The notes under the pieces are model-generated. The model saw only the letters and a program-made list of their open reading frames with translations, searched no databases and was not told the DNA's origin. From the NCBI GenBank assembly GCA_016779265.1, contig JADHNY010000009.1, positions 1,517-65,516 on the forward strand: a stretch of DNA of 64,000 nucleotides, given 5' to 3'. Shown here one piece after another: positions 8,932 through 19,315 of the stretch. The DNA is from Pirellulales bacterium. GTDB lineage: Bacteria > Planctomycetota > Planctomycetia > Pirellulales > UBA1268. Within the stretch, counting starts at the first letter, position 1. The number at the start of each line of letters is the position of its first letter. The position numbers and the translations under genes are program-made.

Positions 8932-10626
8932 ATGACCTACGTCATCCTTGCGATCATCGGCATTCTGTTCCTGGCGGCACTCGTGTTCGTCGGTGTCGGC
9001 GCAAAGGGCTGGAACGCCGGCACCATCACTGCTGCCGTGCTGGTGATTCTTTCCTCACTCGGCTACCTCTTTCTCGCGAGCATGCTGACCGAGCGAGAAC
9101 GCAACTGGCGGACGCGGGTGAATGCCGTCCAGGCTGAGCTACTCCGGGCACGAGATGGCCTGATCGTCAATGCCGACGGCACGGAAACACCTGCGGGGGA
9201 ATGCGGTATTGAGACCCTGCAAAACTGCTCCGTTGCTGACCTGATTGACATCCGTGAGCGTTGGGTACGGCAGCGTGACCGCGTGAACTCGTGGCGAGGC
9301 ATCTGGTGGCGGCATGCGAGCTTCACCGCTCCTGGCAACGGTCAGCCTGGCACCCTCGAAATCACCACATCCGAGACTCCCGCGATCAACGAGGGAGCTC
9401 CTGTGTACGTGTTTGATGAGGCCACTGAAGAACAGCAGGGCGGCTACGTCGGTGCGTTCCAGGTCACCGCAGTAAATGGCAGTTCGCTCGAGATCACTCC
9501 GCTGTTGCCTCCCGACGACACTGATAGCAGCCGCTGGGCACAGCCGCACGACGACGTGCTCGTTCTGGAAAGTCTTCCCATCGACCGCTGGATGGCCTTC
9601 CATCGCACAGACGAAGGGTCAGACGCCCCCACCTGGCCTGCCATCGAGCCGCCTACCAGCGACAATGTCCCCGCCGGCGTTGCCAATCTGGAACAGATGG
9701 AAACCGACATCAGCGAGTTCACCCTCGCCGGCGGCGGCCCGCTCCTGCCTGCGGATGTCGTCGACGCGGGGCGGACGTTTGAGGCACTGCAGGGCACGCC
9801 TGAACCGCCGCCCGGTGTTGGTTGGGCGGAGGTGACCTTCGGCGAAGACACAGATTTCACCTGGCCTGACGGCACGGTCACAAAGTTTCTCGCTGGTGAA
9901 GTCGTGCCTGCGTTTCCAGCAAGCCAACTCCCCCAACTGCTCGCGGACACGCCTGAGGTCGAGTATCGCTGGGTGATCCCGCCAGGACTCTACTGGGCTG
10001 AAGTGCGATTCACTGAGGCCTACACGCATGAAACCGACCCCAACGAAGAGCCGCTCGTGTTTGAAGCAGGCAGCACCGCTGTGCTCGAACTGTCCTTTGC
10101 AGAGCAGATGGCAACTGGCGGGGTGACCGAAGTGCTCCGGCGTTTCTTCCGTCGCCCACTCACCGACGGCCAGACAGAGATGCTTGGCTCCGACGCGATT
10201 ACCGAACGCGTTGGCAACGAGGCTCCCGTGACCGTGTTCGACAATCTGCAGTCACTCGGCCTGTACCGGATTCGCCAAGACCTGGAGCGGACTCTCGAAA
10301 ACTCAGCCGCCCGCACCGACGCCCTCACTGCTGCCTACCAGAATGCGGTGAATCAGCTTGCTTTGCTCGACCAGAAAGAGATTGATCTCAAAGCCGATCA
10401 GACTGGCTGGGACGCAGATCTCAAGGCTGCCGACCGCATCGAGGCCTCAGTCAAAGATCGCTACGAGGCGATCGATGCGGAACTTCAGGCAACTGAAGAC
10501 GCTATCGTGCTGCTCGGCCAGCAGTTGCGACAAATGACGGCGAACGTGACAGCGGAAATCGACCGCCGCACACCACCGCCAGATCTCCTTGAGGCTCCGC
10601 CTGCAGCAGGGGCCTCCGTTCAGTAG
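8932..10626 (+). CDS. hypothetical membrane-anchored acidic protein with coiled coils
   Basis: Two N-terminal TM helices from MTYVILAIIG, acidic beta-rich middle, C-terminal heptad-like helix; the ORF segment upstream of 8932 looks non-coding. Confidence 0.8.
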   Translation: MTYVILAIIGILFLAALVFVGVGAKGWNAGTITAAVLVILSSLGYLFLASMLTERERNWRTRVNAVQAELLRARDGLIVNADGTETPAGECGIETLQNCSVADLIDIRERWVRQRDRVNSWRGIWWRHASFTAPGNGQPGTLEITTSETPAINEGAPVYVFDEATEEQQGGYVGAFQVTAVNGSSLEITPLLPPDDTDSSRWAQPHDDVLVLESLPIDRWMAFHRTDEGSDAPTWPAIEPPTSDNVPAGVANLEQMETDISEFTLAGGGPLLPADVVDAGRTFEALQGTPEPPPGVGWAEVTFGEDTDFTWPDGTVTKFLAGEVVPAFPASQLPQLLADTPEVEYRWVIPPGLYWAEVRFTEAYTHETDPNEEPLVFEAGSTAVLELSFAEQMATGGVTEVLRRFFRRPLTDGQTEMLGSDAITERVGNEAPVTVFDNLQSLGLYRIRQDLERTLENSAARTDALTAAYQNAVNQLALLDQKEIDLKADQTGWDADLKAADRIEASVKDRYEAIDAELQATEDAIVLLGQQLRQMTANVTAEIDRRTPPPDLLEAPPAAGASVQ

Positions 10627-10659
10627 CCCTTATCGTTCGCCTCGTACTGCCACGCAGGC

Positions 10660-10777
10660 CCCTCACAACCTGGTCACGGCTCTCGACACTGCTGGCTGCC
10701 GGACTCCGCCGGAGAGCGAGCAAAAGACGCCGTTTCTCCGCTCTCGAGTCGTGTCCCTCACGTCAATGGTCACGGCT
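10660..10777 (+). promoter_or_regulatory. duplicated Pho-box-like motif upstream of btaA
   Basis: CCCTCAC-aacc-TGGTCACGGCT (10660-10681) and CCCTCAC-gtcaa-TGGTCACGGCT (10755-10777); TCAC half-sites 11-12 bp apart. Confidence 0.5.
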
Positions 10778-10828
10778 GGTTATGCTTAGGTCTTCGTGGG
10801 GTTTCGCACCAGGGAAACACGCTGTTCC

Positions 10829-12109
10829 ATGTCATCGTCATCATCGCTCGCAGCTCGACCAAGCACCCGCAACCACCTCCGCAAGGCGGTACACCACCAC
10901 AGCCTCGCCAGCCGCCGTGGCATGCTGGAGCGGATGTTCACGATGTGGTTTAAGGGCTTCGTCTACAACCAGATCTGGGAAGATCCACGGGTTGACGCTG
11001 AGGCCTTGGGAATCGGTCCGGAGTCTCAGCTGCTGACCATCTCCAGCGGTGGCTGCAACGTTCTCAACTATCTGGTGCACCGTCCCAAGCGGATCGTGGC
11101 GGTTGACCTCAACCACAACCATATGTCGTTGACGCGGCTCAAGCTGGCAGCCGTCAAGCACCTGCCTGACTACGAGAGCTTCTACAAGTTTTTCGGCCTC
11201 GGGCAGCACCCCGACAACCTGCACAACTACCGCACCTACATCCGCGAACATCTCGACGAGCAGACTCGTCAGTTCTGGGAATCGAGTGACTGGCCGGGCA
11301 ACACGGTTGGGCCGAAGCGGATCAACTACTTCAAGACAGGCCTCTACGAAAAAGCCAAGCTCGGCCAGTTCTTCAGGGTGGTACATGGCATTGCCAAGGC
11401 AGTTCGCCGTGACCCTGCGAGGCTTCTGACTGCCCAAAGCAAGTCGGAGCAGGAACGCATCTTTGACGAGTACTACGCTTCGTTGTTTGAGAATCGCCTC
11501 GTGCGTTGGATGGGCCGCCAGCCGGTGGCGGTTTACAGCCTTGGTATTCCGCCGAGCCAGCATGCCGCGATGCTGGCAGAGTCGGGAGGCAACGGCCAGA
11601 AACTCTTTGACACGTACAAAGAACGGATCCGCCGACTCGCCTGCGGCTTTCCTCTCGACGACAACTACTTCACCTGGCAGGCGTTCGGCCGTCGCTACGA
11701 CCACGAAGGCCGCAAGGCGCTTCCCGACTACCTCCGCGAGGAGAACTACGAGACGATCAAGGAGATGGCCGACCGGGTTGAGACGCACATTGCGAGCCTC
11801 GGCGACTTTCTGTCGACCGCTGAACCAGGCAGCCTCAACGGCTTCATCCTGCTCGACAGCCAGGATTGGATGCCACCAAACGTGATCGAGGCGCTCTGGA
11901 GTGAGATCGCCCGCGTGGGAGCTGCCGACACGAGGGTGATCTTCCGGACAGCAGGTGAGCTTTCTCCAGTCGAAGAGGCACTCTCGCCGGAAACCAAGGC
12001 CCAGTTCCACTATCACCAAGAACGTGCCCGAGAGCTCCACACTCATGATCGCTCAGCGATCTATGGCATGTTTCACATCTACGAGAAAACTGACGGGCAG
12101 CCCCAGTGA
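10829..12109 (+). CDS. btaA: SAM:diacylglycerol 3-amino-3-carboxypropyltransferase (DUF3419), betaine lipid synthesis
   Basis: FVYNQIWEDPRVD, TISSGGCNVLNYL, AVDLN, DNYFTWQAFGRRY, LLDSQDWM, DRSAIYGMFHIY. Confidence 0.93.
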   Translation: MSSSSSLAARPSTRNHLRKAVHHHSLASRRGMLERMFTMWFKGFVYNQIWEDPRVDAEALGIGPESQLLTISSGGCNVLNYLVHRPKRIVAVDLNHNHMSLTRLKLAAVKHLPDYESFYKFFGLGQHPDNLHNYRTYIREHLDEQTRQFWESSDWPGNTVGPKRINYFKTGLYEKAKLGQFFRVVHGIAKAVRRDPARLLTAQSKSEQERIFDEYYASLFENRLVRWMGRQPVAVYSLGIPPSQHAAMLAESGGNGQKLFDTYKERIRRLACGFPLDDNYFTWQAFGRRYDHEGRKALPDYLREENYETIKEMADRVETHIASLGDFLSTAEPGSLNGFILLDSQDWMPPNVIEALWSEIARVGAADTRVIFRTAGELSPVEEALSPETKAQFHYHQERARELHTHDRSAIYGMFHIYEKTDGQPQ

Positions 12110-12831
12110 CAGATGAAGTCGGGCCAGACCACGATGCCGCGGGGGCCGTCTCGAGCGGTCGCTCCAGTTCCCCTGCCGACGTCAGCAACGACGATCCCGC
12201 CAGGGCGATGGACCGGATGTATCGCGTCACGCGACACATCTACGACATCACACGCCGTTACTACCTGCTCGGCCGTGACCGAATGCTCGAGCGAGTCGTT
12301 ACGTCCGACGACACCGCGACACTCGAAGTGGGCTGTGGCACGGCTCGCAACCTGATCAAGCTCGCCCGGCGGCCCCACTGTGGCAGCCTCTACGGCCTTG
12401 ATGCCTCGCATGAGATGCTGGAGACCGCGGCTGCCTCTATTCGAAAGGCGGGCGTGGGCGAAGTGAGCCTTCGTCAGGGCCTCGCTGAAGAGCTCAACGC
12501 ACAGAAGATGTTTGGCCGTGCGGACGGATTTGACACGATCTTCTTCTCGTACTGCCTCTCGATGGTGCCGGCCTGGGAGGGAGCCATCGAAGCGGCTCTG
12601 GCAAACCTCCGTCCGGGCGGCCAACTGGTCATCGTCGACTTCTGGGACCAGGCGGACCTGCCAGGCTGGTTTGCCGCAGGCCTGAAAAAGTGGCTCTCGC
12701 TGTTCCACGTTTTCTACAGGCCCGACGTGCACACAGCGCTCACAGCGCTGGGCGAATCGGGACGGGCTGACGTTTCTTTTGAGTCGGTCGCTAAACGCTA
12801 CGCGTATATCGCGATCGTTCGCAAGCGATAG
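12106..12831 (+). CDS. btaB: SAM:diacylglycerylhomoserine N-methyltransferase
   Basis: MDRMYR...IYDITRRYYLLGRD, LEVGCGTARNL, FFSYCLSM, IVDF; 4-nt overlap with btaA. Confidence 0.92.
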   Translation: MTDEVGPDHDAAGAVSSGRSSSPADVSNDDPARAMDRMYRVTRHIYDITRRYYLLGRDRMLERVVTSDDTATLEVGCGTARNLIKLARRPHCGSLYGLDASHEMLETAAASIRKAGVGEVSLRQGLAEELNAQKMFGRADGFDTIFFSYCLSMVPAWEGAIEAALANLRPGGQLVIVDFWDQADLPGWFAAGLKKWLSLFHVFYRPDVHTALTALGESGRADVSFESVAKRYAYIAIVRKR

Positions 12832-12909
12832 CCACGCCGACTGTCGACGACAAAATGCCGGCGACGCTTCTGACGGTGACGTTTCTGTCGCCCACGTTTC
12901 AGCAGCCGA

Positions 12910-13800
12910 TCAGGGCAGCAGAAACACGAGACCGGTGACTGTGGCGGCTTCGACTGCCATCCCTCGCACGCTGACAGGGAATGCAGGCACCGTCCAGGGA
13001 GCACAGTTGCCCGGCCGGTAGTAGCCCACCGGATAGACACACTCCCAGGGGAGTTCCACGCCCATCTTGTAGGGCAGGATAGGCAGCGTCCCGAAGAAAT
13101 GAGCTGCTGAGATGAACGGGTCCGCAGCCCAGCCATAGGAGTGGCCGTACCGCTCAAAGTTCCATTGTTCAAAGTAGAGCGGCTTGTGGCAGTAGCCTGC
13201 CGCCTTCCAGGTGAAAGTGGTGGTGGCAAAGCGACGAGGCTCAAATACCTCTCCCTCGAGCCGACACTCACAGGGGTAGTCATTGCCTGCCACGCCACTG
13301 ACCCGGATGTCGAGATCGATCTCAGAGATGCGGTCCAGCCGGAGCTGCTCCAAGGCCTGACGACACGCCTCCGCTTCAGCCGCACACACCGCGGGATCTC
13401 CTTGCTGAGCAGACGCCGTGGACGCCAACGGAGTTGCATCAGCCTGGGCGAGCCGAACAGGCTCCGCTCCCATCTCTGCATTGCTGACAACGGCTTCACG
13501 AAGTCGAGTCAGTGCGGAACCGGCTCGGGAGGACGCCCCGAGGCGCTCAAGCCCCACTGACACGTCCAGGTCATCAGCCACCTTGTCTGCAAGCGAACCA
13601 GCCTGCCCCCAAGGCTGCGTCTGGATTCTTCCCGCCGGAGCCTTACCGAAAAGGTCCTGCCACGGGGCGGCGTGGAGATCTCCCGCCAAGACAAACGCCA
13701 GCAGCAGTGCAACAAGCCCTGCTGCCGCTCTTCTGGCGTCAATCGCCCCCAGCGTGTTCTGCCGTATAGTTCGGCGCTTCTTGAGTAACGACGATGTCAT
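12910..13800 (-). CDS. hypothetical exported protein of planctomycete type (start uncertain)
   Basis: Signal-like hydrophobic stretch; aromatic/Cys-rich C-domain [26 protein letters not shown]...[16 protein letters not shown]. Confidence 0.7.
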   Translation of the reverse strand: MTSSLLKKRRTIRQNTLGAIDARRAAAGLVALLLAFVLAGDLHAAPWQDLFGKAPAGRIQTQPWGQAGSLADKVADDLDVSVGLERLGASSRAGSALTRLREAVVSNAEMGAEPVRLAQADATPLASTASAQQGDPAVCAAEAEACRQALEQLRLDRISEIDLDIRVSGVAGNDYPCECRLEGEVFEPRRFATTTFTWKAAGYCHKPLYFEQWNFERYGHSYGWAADPFISAAHFFGTLPILPYKMGVELPWECVYPVGYYRPGNCAPWTVPAFPVSVRGMAVEAATVTGLVFLLP

Positions 13801-15208
13801 GCGGATGGCCCTCCCTGACCGACGCGGCGGATACCTGAATGAATCGGCCGTCGCGCCGCAACTCCTCGATCGTTTTCGTCCCGCAGTAGCCCATGCCCGC
13901 TCGCAACCCACCGACGAGCTGGTACACAAAGGTGCTCAATGGCCCCTTGAACGGCACCCGCCCTTCGACACCCTCCGGCACAAGCTTGTCCTGTCGACCA
14001 CCGCGTTGGCCGTAGCGCTCGCTTGAGCCCTTGACCATTGCCCCGATCGACCCCATACCGCGATACGCTTTGAACGTTCTGCCCTGATAGAGCACCGTCT
14101 CGCCAGGACTCTCTTCGACACCGGCAAGCAGACCGCCGATCATGCAGGCATGAGCTCCCGCTGCGATGGCCTTGGTCATGTCGCCGGAGTAGCGGATGCC
14201 GCCGTCGGCGATGACTGGAACATCCGTTCCGGCCACCTCCGCTGCAGCATCGTTGACTGCTGAAATCTGCGGCACCCCCACCCCGGAGATCACCCGCGTG
14301 GTGCAGATCGATCCCGGACCGATGCCCACCTTGACCCCGTCGGCCCCTGCATCGAGCAGGCCGCGGCATCCCTCGCGTGTGGCGATATTCCCGGCAACAA
14401 TCTGAATGTCCCACTGCCGCTTAATCTCCCGCACGGTGGTGATCACGTTTGACGAGTGGCCGTGGGCACTGTCCACAACCAGCACGTCGACATCCTTTGA
14501 GATCAGGCTCTCCACCCGCTCGAAATCGAACACACCGACCGCAGCCCCAACTCGCAGCCGGCCAACGCCGTCTTTGCAGGCCCGCGGAAACCGCTTCATC
14601 ATGTCGATGTCTTTGATCGTGATCAGGCCCGTCAACTGATTCTTTTCGTCAATCAGCAGAAGTTTCTCGACCTTATTCGCCATCAAAATCTTCTCAGCCT
14701 GCTCGAGCGACACATTCCCTGTCGCCGTTACCAGGTTGGAAGACGTCATAATCTCGGCGACCGGTGTTTCCCCACTTTCCAGGAACCGCAGGTCGCGTTT
14801 GGTGATAATTCCGACGAGTTGCTGCCCCTCAGTCGTGATCGGCACCCCTGAAATGTTGAAATGATCCATCAGCTCGCGGGCTTTGGCCACTGTGGCCGTG
14901 GGGGGAAGCGTGACCGGATCCGCGATGATGCCATTGGCACTCCGCTTCACCTTGTCCACCTCGTTTGCCTGGCGTTCGATGGTGAGATTCTTATGAATCA
15001 CGCCCAAACCGCCTTCCTGGGCGAGGGCAATCGCCATCGCACTCTCGGTGACGGTATCCATCGGAGAGCTCACGATGGGGATGTTGAGGTTGATGCCTCG
15101 GGTAAAACGGGTCGTCACATCCGCCTCGGAGGGCACGACCTCCGAATAGCGGGGCACGAGCAGGACATCGTCGAACGTGATTCCGTTTGTGATGATTTTT
15201 CCGTCCAT
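13739..15208 (-). CDS. guaB: IMP dehydrogenase
   Basis: [23 protein letters not shown] pair, catalytic [23 protein letters not shown]. Confidence 0.98.
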   Translation of the reverse strand: MDGKIITNGITFDDVLLVPRYSEVVPSEADVTTRFTRGINLNIPIVSSPMDTVTESAMAIALAQEGGLGVIHKNLTIERQANEVDKVKRSANGIIADPVTLPPTATVAKARELMDHFNISGVPITTEGQQLVGIITKRDLRFLESGETPVAEIMTSSNLVTATGNVSLEQAEKILMANKVEKLLLIDEKNQLTGLITIKDIDMMKRFPRACKDGVGRLRVGAAVGVFDFERVESLISKDVDVLVVDSAHGHSSNVITTVREIKRQWDIQIVAGNIATREGCRGLLDAGADGVKVGIGPGSICTTRVISGVGVPQISAVNDAAAEVAGTDVPVIADGGIRYSGDMTKAIAAGAHACMIGGLLAGVEESPGETVLYQGRTFKAYRGMGSIGAMVKGSSERYGQRGGRQDKLVPEGVEGRVPFKGPLSTFVYQLVGGLRAGMGYCGTKTIEELRRDGRFIQVSAASVREGHPHDIVVTQEAPNYTAEHAGGD

Positions 15209-15370
15209 GGCAACTCCGTCGGCGTGGGAAAGCCTGGGATTATGCGGCGAATGAACCGGTTTTCGCAATCCGATGGCTCGGGCAACGAACAATCCGACAC
15301 CGACACCGACCGTGTCCTAGGGTTGTGCATGCTGCGGCACGGGTCGCAGCTCCCCCAGCTCCCGTCCGTG

Positions 15371-16057
15371 ATGCCTGAACTCATGTCTTCCACCGACGAT
15401 CGTTCGACCAGCTCCCTGCAGACCGCCCCGGAGGCGGAGAGCCCATTTGCACACCCGGATCGTGCCGCTTTTGAAGCCCACCTGGCTCGCAGCAGCTACG
15501 GACGGTTCACGCTGACCGAGGCCGTTCGGCCTGGCTGGCACGCCGGCGTGGTGCCCCAGGAGGGCTACCGCTTCGACACCTACGCCGATCCTCAGACCCG
15601 CGCTCGCCTGCCTGCGATTATCGCGGCAGTCTCGAAGGAACGGCTTTTTGAGACCTTTATCGACCTGCTTGAGCCGCTCGGCGACAGCTGCGACGTGGTG
15701 CTCGAGTCTAGCCACGACAAAAAGAGCCAGGATCGGCAGGAGTTTGTCCGTGAGTCGATGGAACGGCTCGTCCTGGAGAGCTTGCTGTGGGACTTTGAAG
15801 ACCTGCTGACCAACGACGGCTGCACAGGGATTGCGATCATGCATCCCAAGCTGCCGATGGAAGTGCAGCTCGACGAGCACAAACTGCTGATCGTCTACGC
15901 ACCGTCGCGGGCACCGTTTTCGTCCGTTTTGGAAGCAGGTGGACTTCCACGCGACGACCAGATGCAGGTCATCTCGCAGGGGGAGCATCTGCACACGTCC
16001 CACTCTCGCTACAGCCGAGAGTTCTCACGGCTCCGGCATCGCCTCGGAGCTGAGTAA
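15371..16057 (+). CDS. conserved hypothetical protein, divergent from guaB
   Basis: Globular-looking segment (DVVLESSH, EDLLTNDGCTGIA, EVQLDEHKLL, EHLH); the upstream part of ORF 14861 is a guaB shadow. Confidence 0.75.
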   Translation: MPELMSSTDDRSTSSLQTAPEAESPFAHPDRAAFEAHLARSSYGRFTLTEAVRPGWHAGVVPQEGYRFDTYADPQTRARLPAIIAAVSKERLFETFIDLLEPLGDSCDVVLESSHDKKSQDRQEFVRESMERLVLESLLWDFEDLLTNDGCTGIAIMHPKLPMEVQLDEHKLLIVYAPSRAPFSSVLEAGGLPRDDQMQVISQGEHLHTSHSRYSREFSRLRHRLGAE

Positions 16058-16063
16058 AGCCGC

Positions 16064-16942
16064 CTAGCGAGGCACCGGCAGGGTCTCGATGGGCACCGGA
16101 GGCCCTGGGACAATCATCGCTCCGGGCGGCAGCTGCTCGGCTGGGATAGGCTGCACCGGCGGTGGAGCCACCACGGCCTCTGGAACGCCACCCACGGCTC
16201 CTGGAGGCTGGTAATACGGCTGTGACGTGATCTGCGGCACCGGCGCCACACCGAGCCGTGCGAGCAGTTTGTCGAGGATACGCTTCTCAAGCAGCGGATC
16301 CCTCCCCAACGGAATCCATCCCGCGCTGCGAGATGGACTGGCGACTGGCCTCGGCTGATCACCAACCTGCTGGCCAAGCGTCGGCAGTGGTGTGCCGTAG
16401 CGATACAGCGAGTCGTCGTTTCGAAAACTCGCTCCACCGCTCGTGGCCCGCATCGGTCGCGGCAGGTTCTCCAGTTCTTTTGTGACCACGGCCTCAATCC
16501 GCCAGCCCGAGGGATCAGGCTGCATGCGGATCACGCCGCGGCGACGAATCGACTGCAGGGTGCACTCAAGCCGCTCCTGAAAGCCCACCGAATCACCACG
16601 CCAGGGCTCCAGGAGTGTCGCTCCGGTCTGAGGAAAGGTCTCGATGAGCCCCTCAGTCGGCACTCCTGCGGCAAATACCACACGCTGCTCACGCGAAACC
16701 TTGAAGTAGTCATCGACCACATCGACAAGGCGATTCCAGATCACTTCAGCATCAATCGGTGGAATCGTCACAGTGTTCGGGGCATTGGTGGGCCCCGCAG
16801 GCATCACCGGCCCGTTCACGCCAACAACCGCCCCCGCCGGCAGCGGCTTCATTGGGTCGAACGACATCGACGGCGGACTCTGCGACATCGCCACAGGCGA
16901 CATCAGCACGGCCAGCACGAACGAAAACAGCAACGGGCGCAT
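16064..16942 (-). CDS. hypothetical exported protein with Pro-rich termini
   Basis: N-terminal signal peptide; central domain WNRLVDVVDDYF...ERLECTLQSIRRR...WIPLGRDPLLE. Confidence 0.75.
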   Translation of the reverse strand: MRPLLFSFVLAVLMSPVAMSQSPPSMSFDPMKPLPAGAVVGVNGPVMPAGPTNAPNTVTIPPIDAEVIWNRLVDVVDDYFKVSREQRVVFAAGVPTEGLIETFPQTGATLLEPWRGDSVGFQERLECTLQSIRRRGVIRMQPDPSGWRIEAVVTKELENLPRPMRATSGGASFRNDDSLYRYGTPLPTLGQQVGDQPRPVASPSRSAGWIPLGRDPLLEKRILDKLLARLGVAPVPQITSQPYYQPPGAVGGVPEAVVAPPPVQPIPAEQLPPGAMIVPGPPVPIETLPVPR

Positions 16943-17051
16943 ATGGACAACTCACTGAAAAGACGGCCGGATGGTCGCGATTTCCCCCTGAGGACTCAAG
17001 GGGAAAAACGCCCTTCCTGAACCATCATTTTCCGTCGGGTTGCAGCGATTT

Positions 17052-18743
17052 TCAGGCCGTAAACTCGTCTGTCACACAGCCTTCTGAGGCTGGAGCGACG
17101 CAGTGCACGTACTTCGCCAGCATCCCTCGGGTCGCCTTGGCAGGGGGAGCCGTCCAGGCCTCGCGACGACGGGCAAGTTCGTCGTCGGCAACCTCCATGT
17201 CGATCGTGTCGGCATCAGCATCGATGACCACCACGTCGCCATCTTGAACGAGGGCAATCGGCCCACCTTCCTGCGCCTCTGGCACAACATGCCCGACGAT
17301 AAATCCGTGGGAACCACCGGAAAAACGCCCGTCGGTAATCAGGGCGACATCAGCTCCCAAGCCTGCTCCCACCAACGCCGAGGTCGGCGTGAGCATCTCA
17401 GGCATACCTGGACCGCCCTTGGGACCTTCGTAGCGGATGATCACGACATCCCCGCTTTCGATGCCCCCTTGCTCAAGGGCCGCCAGCATCGCCTCTTCAC
17501 TGTCGAACACGCGGGCAGGCCCGCGGAACCGGGAACCTTCCTTGCCGGTGATTTTTGCCACAGCGCTTCCGGGTGCAAGATTGCCATGCAGGATCGCGAT
17601 ATGCCCGGTCGGCTTGATCGGATCGGTCAGAGGCCGCACGATCTTCTGGCCTTCCTTGAGTCCTGGGCTGTCCTGCAGGTTCTCTCCGAGAGTCTTACCG
17701 GTCACCGTCAGGCAGTCTCCGTTGAGCAGGCCCGCGTCGAGCAGGACCTTCATCAGACCGCTGGTACCACCGATGGAGTGCAGATCCTCCTGCACGAACT
17801 TCCCAGAGGGCTTCAGGTCGGCGAGGTACGGCACTCGCTTTGAGACCCGCTTGAAGTCGTCGGGGGTGAGAGACACGCCTACGCTGCGGGCCATGGCAAT
17901 CAGGTGGAGCACTGCGTTGGTTGAACCACCGACCGCCATCACCACCACCATCGCGTTCTCAAACGCCTCGCGGGTCATAATGTCGCGAGGCTTGATGTCT
18001 TTCTCCAGCAGCAGCCGCACCGCTTCGCCTGCTCGCTCACACTCCTGCTGCTTCTCCGGATGCTCCGCGGGAATGGAGGCGGAGTTGGGCAGGGCCATCC
18101 CCATCGCTTCGATGGCCGACGCCATTGTGTTGGCTGTGTACATACCGCCACACGCGCCTGCTCCAGGGCAGGCATGACTGACAATATCGCCACGCTTGGC
18201 ATCGTCGATTCTGCCAGCCACGTATTCGCCGTAACACTGAAACGCGCTGACGATGTCGAGGGTCGTGCCATCCGCAAGATGCCCCGGTCGGATCGTGCCG
18301 CCGTAGACCATCAGGGCGGGGCGGTTGAGCCGCCCCATCGCGATCAGACAGCCTGGCATGTTCTTGTCGCAGCCTGGAATCGCTACCAGGCCGTCGTACC
18401 ACTGCGCCTGCATCACCGTTTCGATCGAGTCGGCGATCAGGTCGCGTGATGGCAACGAGAAGCTCATACCCTCGGTGCCCATTGAAATGCCGTCGGAAAC
18501 ACCGATGGTGTTGAATCGCATGCCCACCATGCCGGCCGCCACCACGCCCTCGCGAACCTTCGCCGCGAGGGTGTTGAGATGCATGTTGCAGGTGTTGCCC
18601 TCGTACCACATGCTCGCGATGCCGACCTGGGCTTTGTTCAGGTCTTCAGACGACAAGCCTGTTCCCAGAAGCATCGCCTGAGACGCTCCCTGGCTACGTG
18701 GCTGAGTGATGCGGGAGCTGTAACGGTTCGGTGTCGAGGACAT
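17052..18743 (-). CDS. ilvD: dihydroxy-acid dehydratase
   Basis: [56 protein letters not shown]. Confidence 0.97.
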   Translation of the reverse strand: MSSTPNRYSSRITQPRSQGASQAMLLGTGLSSEDLNKAQVGIASMWYEGNTCNMHLNTLAAKVREGVVAAGMVGMRFNTIGVSDGISMGTEGMSFSLPSRDLIADSIETVMQAQWYDGLVAIPGCDKNMPGCLIAMGRLNRPALMVYGGTIRPGHLADGTTLDIVSAFQCYGEYVAGRIDDAKRGDIVSHACPGAGACGGMYTANTMASAIEAMGMALPNSASIPAEHPEKQQECERAGEAVRLLLEKDIKPRDIMTREAFENAMVVVMAVGGSTNAVLHLIAMARSVGVSLTPDDFKRVSKRVPYLADLKPSGKFVQEDLHSIGGTSGLMKVLLDAGLLNGDCLTVTGKTLGENLQDSPGLKEGQKIVRPLTDPIKPTGHIAILHGNLAPGSAVAKITGKEGSRFRGPARVFDSEEAMLAALEQGGIESGDVVIIRYEGPKGGPGMPEMLTPTSALVGAGLGADVALITDGRFSGGSHGFIVGHVVPEAQEGGPIALVQDGDVVVIDADADTIDMEVADDELARRREAWTAPPAKATRGMLAKYVHCVAPASEGCVTDEFTA

Positions 18744-18939
18744 ACGGTCATCCTTGCGAGTTCAGACAGGCTTACGAGGCAGCCGCGGCGTGGTGCCCTC
18801 CGATGGGGTGGCACGCGCAGCAAAAACCTCGCCAAAGCCTAGTGAACAGCCAGCTCGGCTGCCACGGATAGCCATTCTTCGGCCACCGCACACGTCCCCC
18901 GAGAGGCAAAACCCCCGCTGCTGACAGAAGTCACCTCAG

Positions 18940-19161
18940 TCACCGACAGATCGCAGCTGCCACCGCGATATCGGTAAACCGGCCCTCGAGGAGCACGTCG
19001 TCCCCCCGGGTGAGCACCGGCACCCGCAGGCCATAGAGACGAACCGCCGCGGGATCTTTGTCGACGTCGATCAGCTCAATCTCCGAGAGCATTTCAGCGA
19101 GCATCTCCTCGGCCTCTTCGCACAGCCCGCAGCCATGACGAGTGTAGAGTTTCAGCGTCAT
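18940..19161 (-). CDS. glutaredoxin-like protein (DUF836 type)
   Basis: LYTRHGCGLCEEA, YGLRVPVL; 73 aa. Confidence 0.85.
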   Translation of the reverse strand: MTLKLYTRHGCGLCEEAEEMLAEMLSEIELIDVDKDPAAVRLYGLRVPVLTRGDDVLLEGRFTDIAVAAAICR

Positions 19162-19315
19162 AACGGTTCCTCCTGCCCCTTGAACTGTGGCTCATCTGCC
19201 GTGTCGCAACAACCGATGCCGGGAATCTTTGGACGAGTCTGCGGGGGCCCGAGTACGATACGGCCCGTGGGCCACAGGCCGCTCGATCCATGTAGTTCTT
19301 CCCCATCGTTCTCCT

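Noticed and set aside
10841-12046. 401-aa antisense ORF opposite btaA (likewise 49215-50204, 42929-44350, 52356-53444, 36408-37316, 48361-49305)
   Set aside because: Shadow ORFs produced by GC-rich codon bias of well-supported genes on the other strand; no motifs.
14861-15370. N-terminal part of the 398-aa ORF
   Set aside because: Antisense shadow of guaB; only 15371-16057 looks like a real gene.
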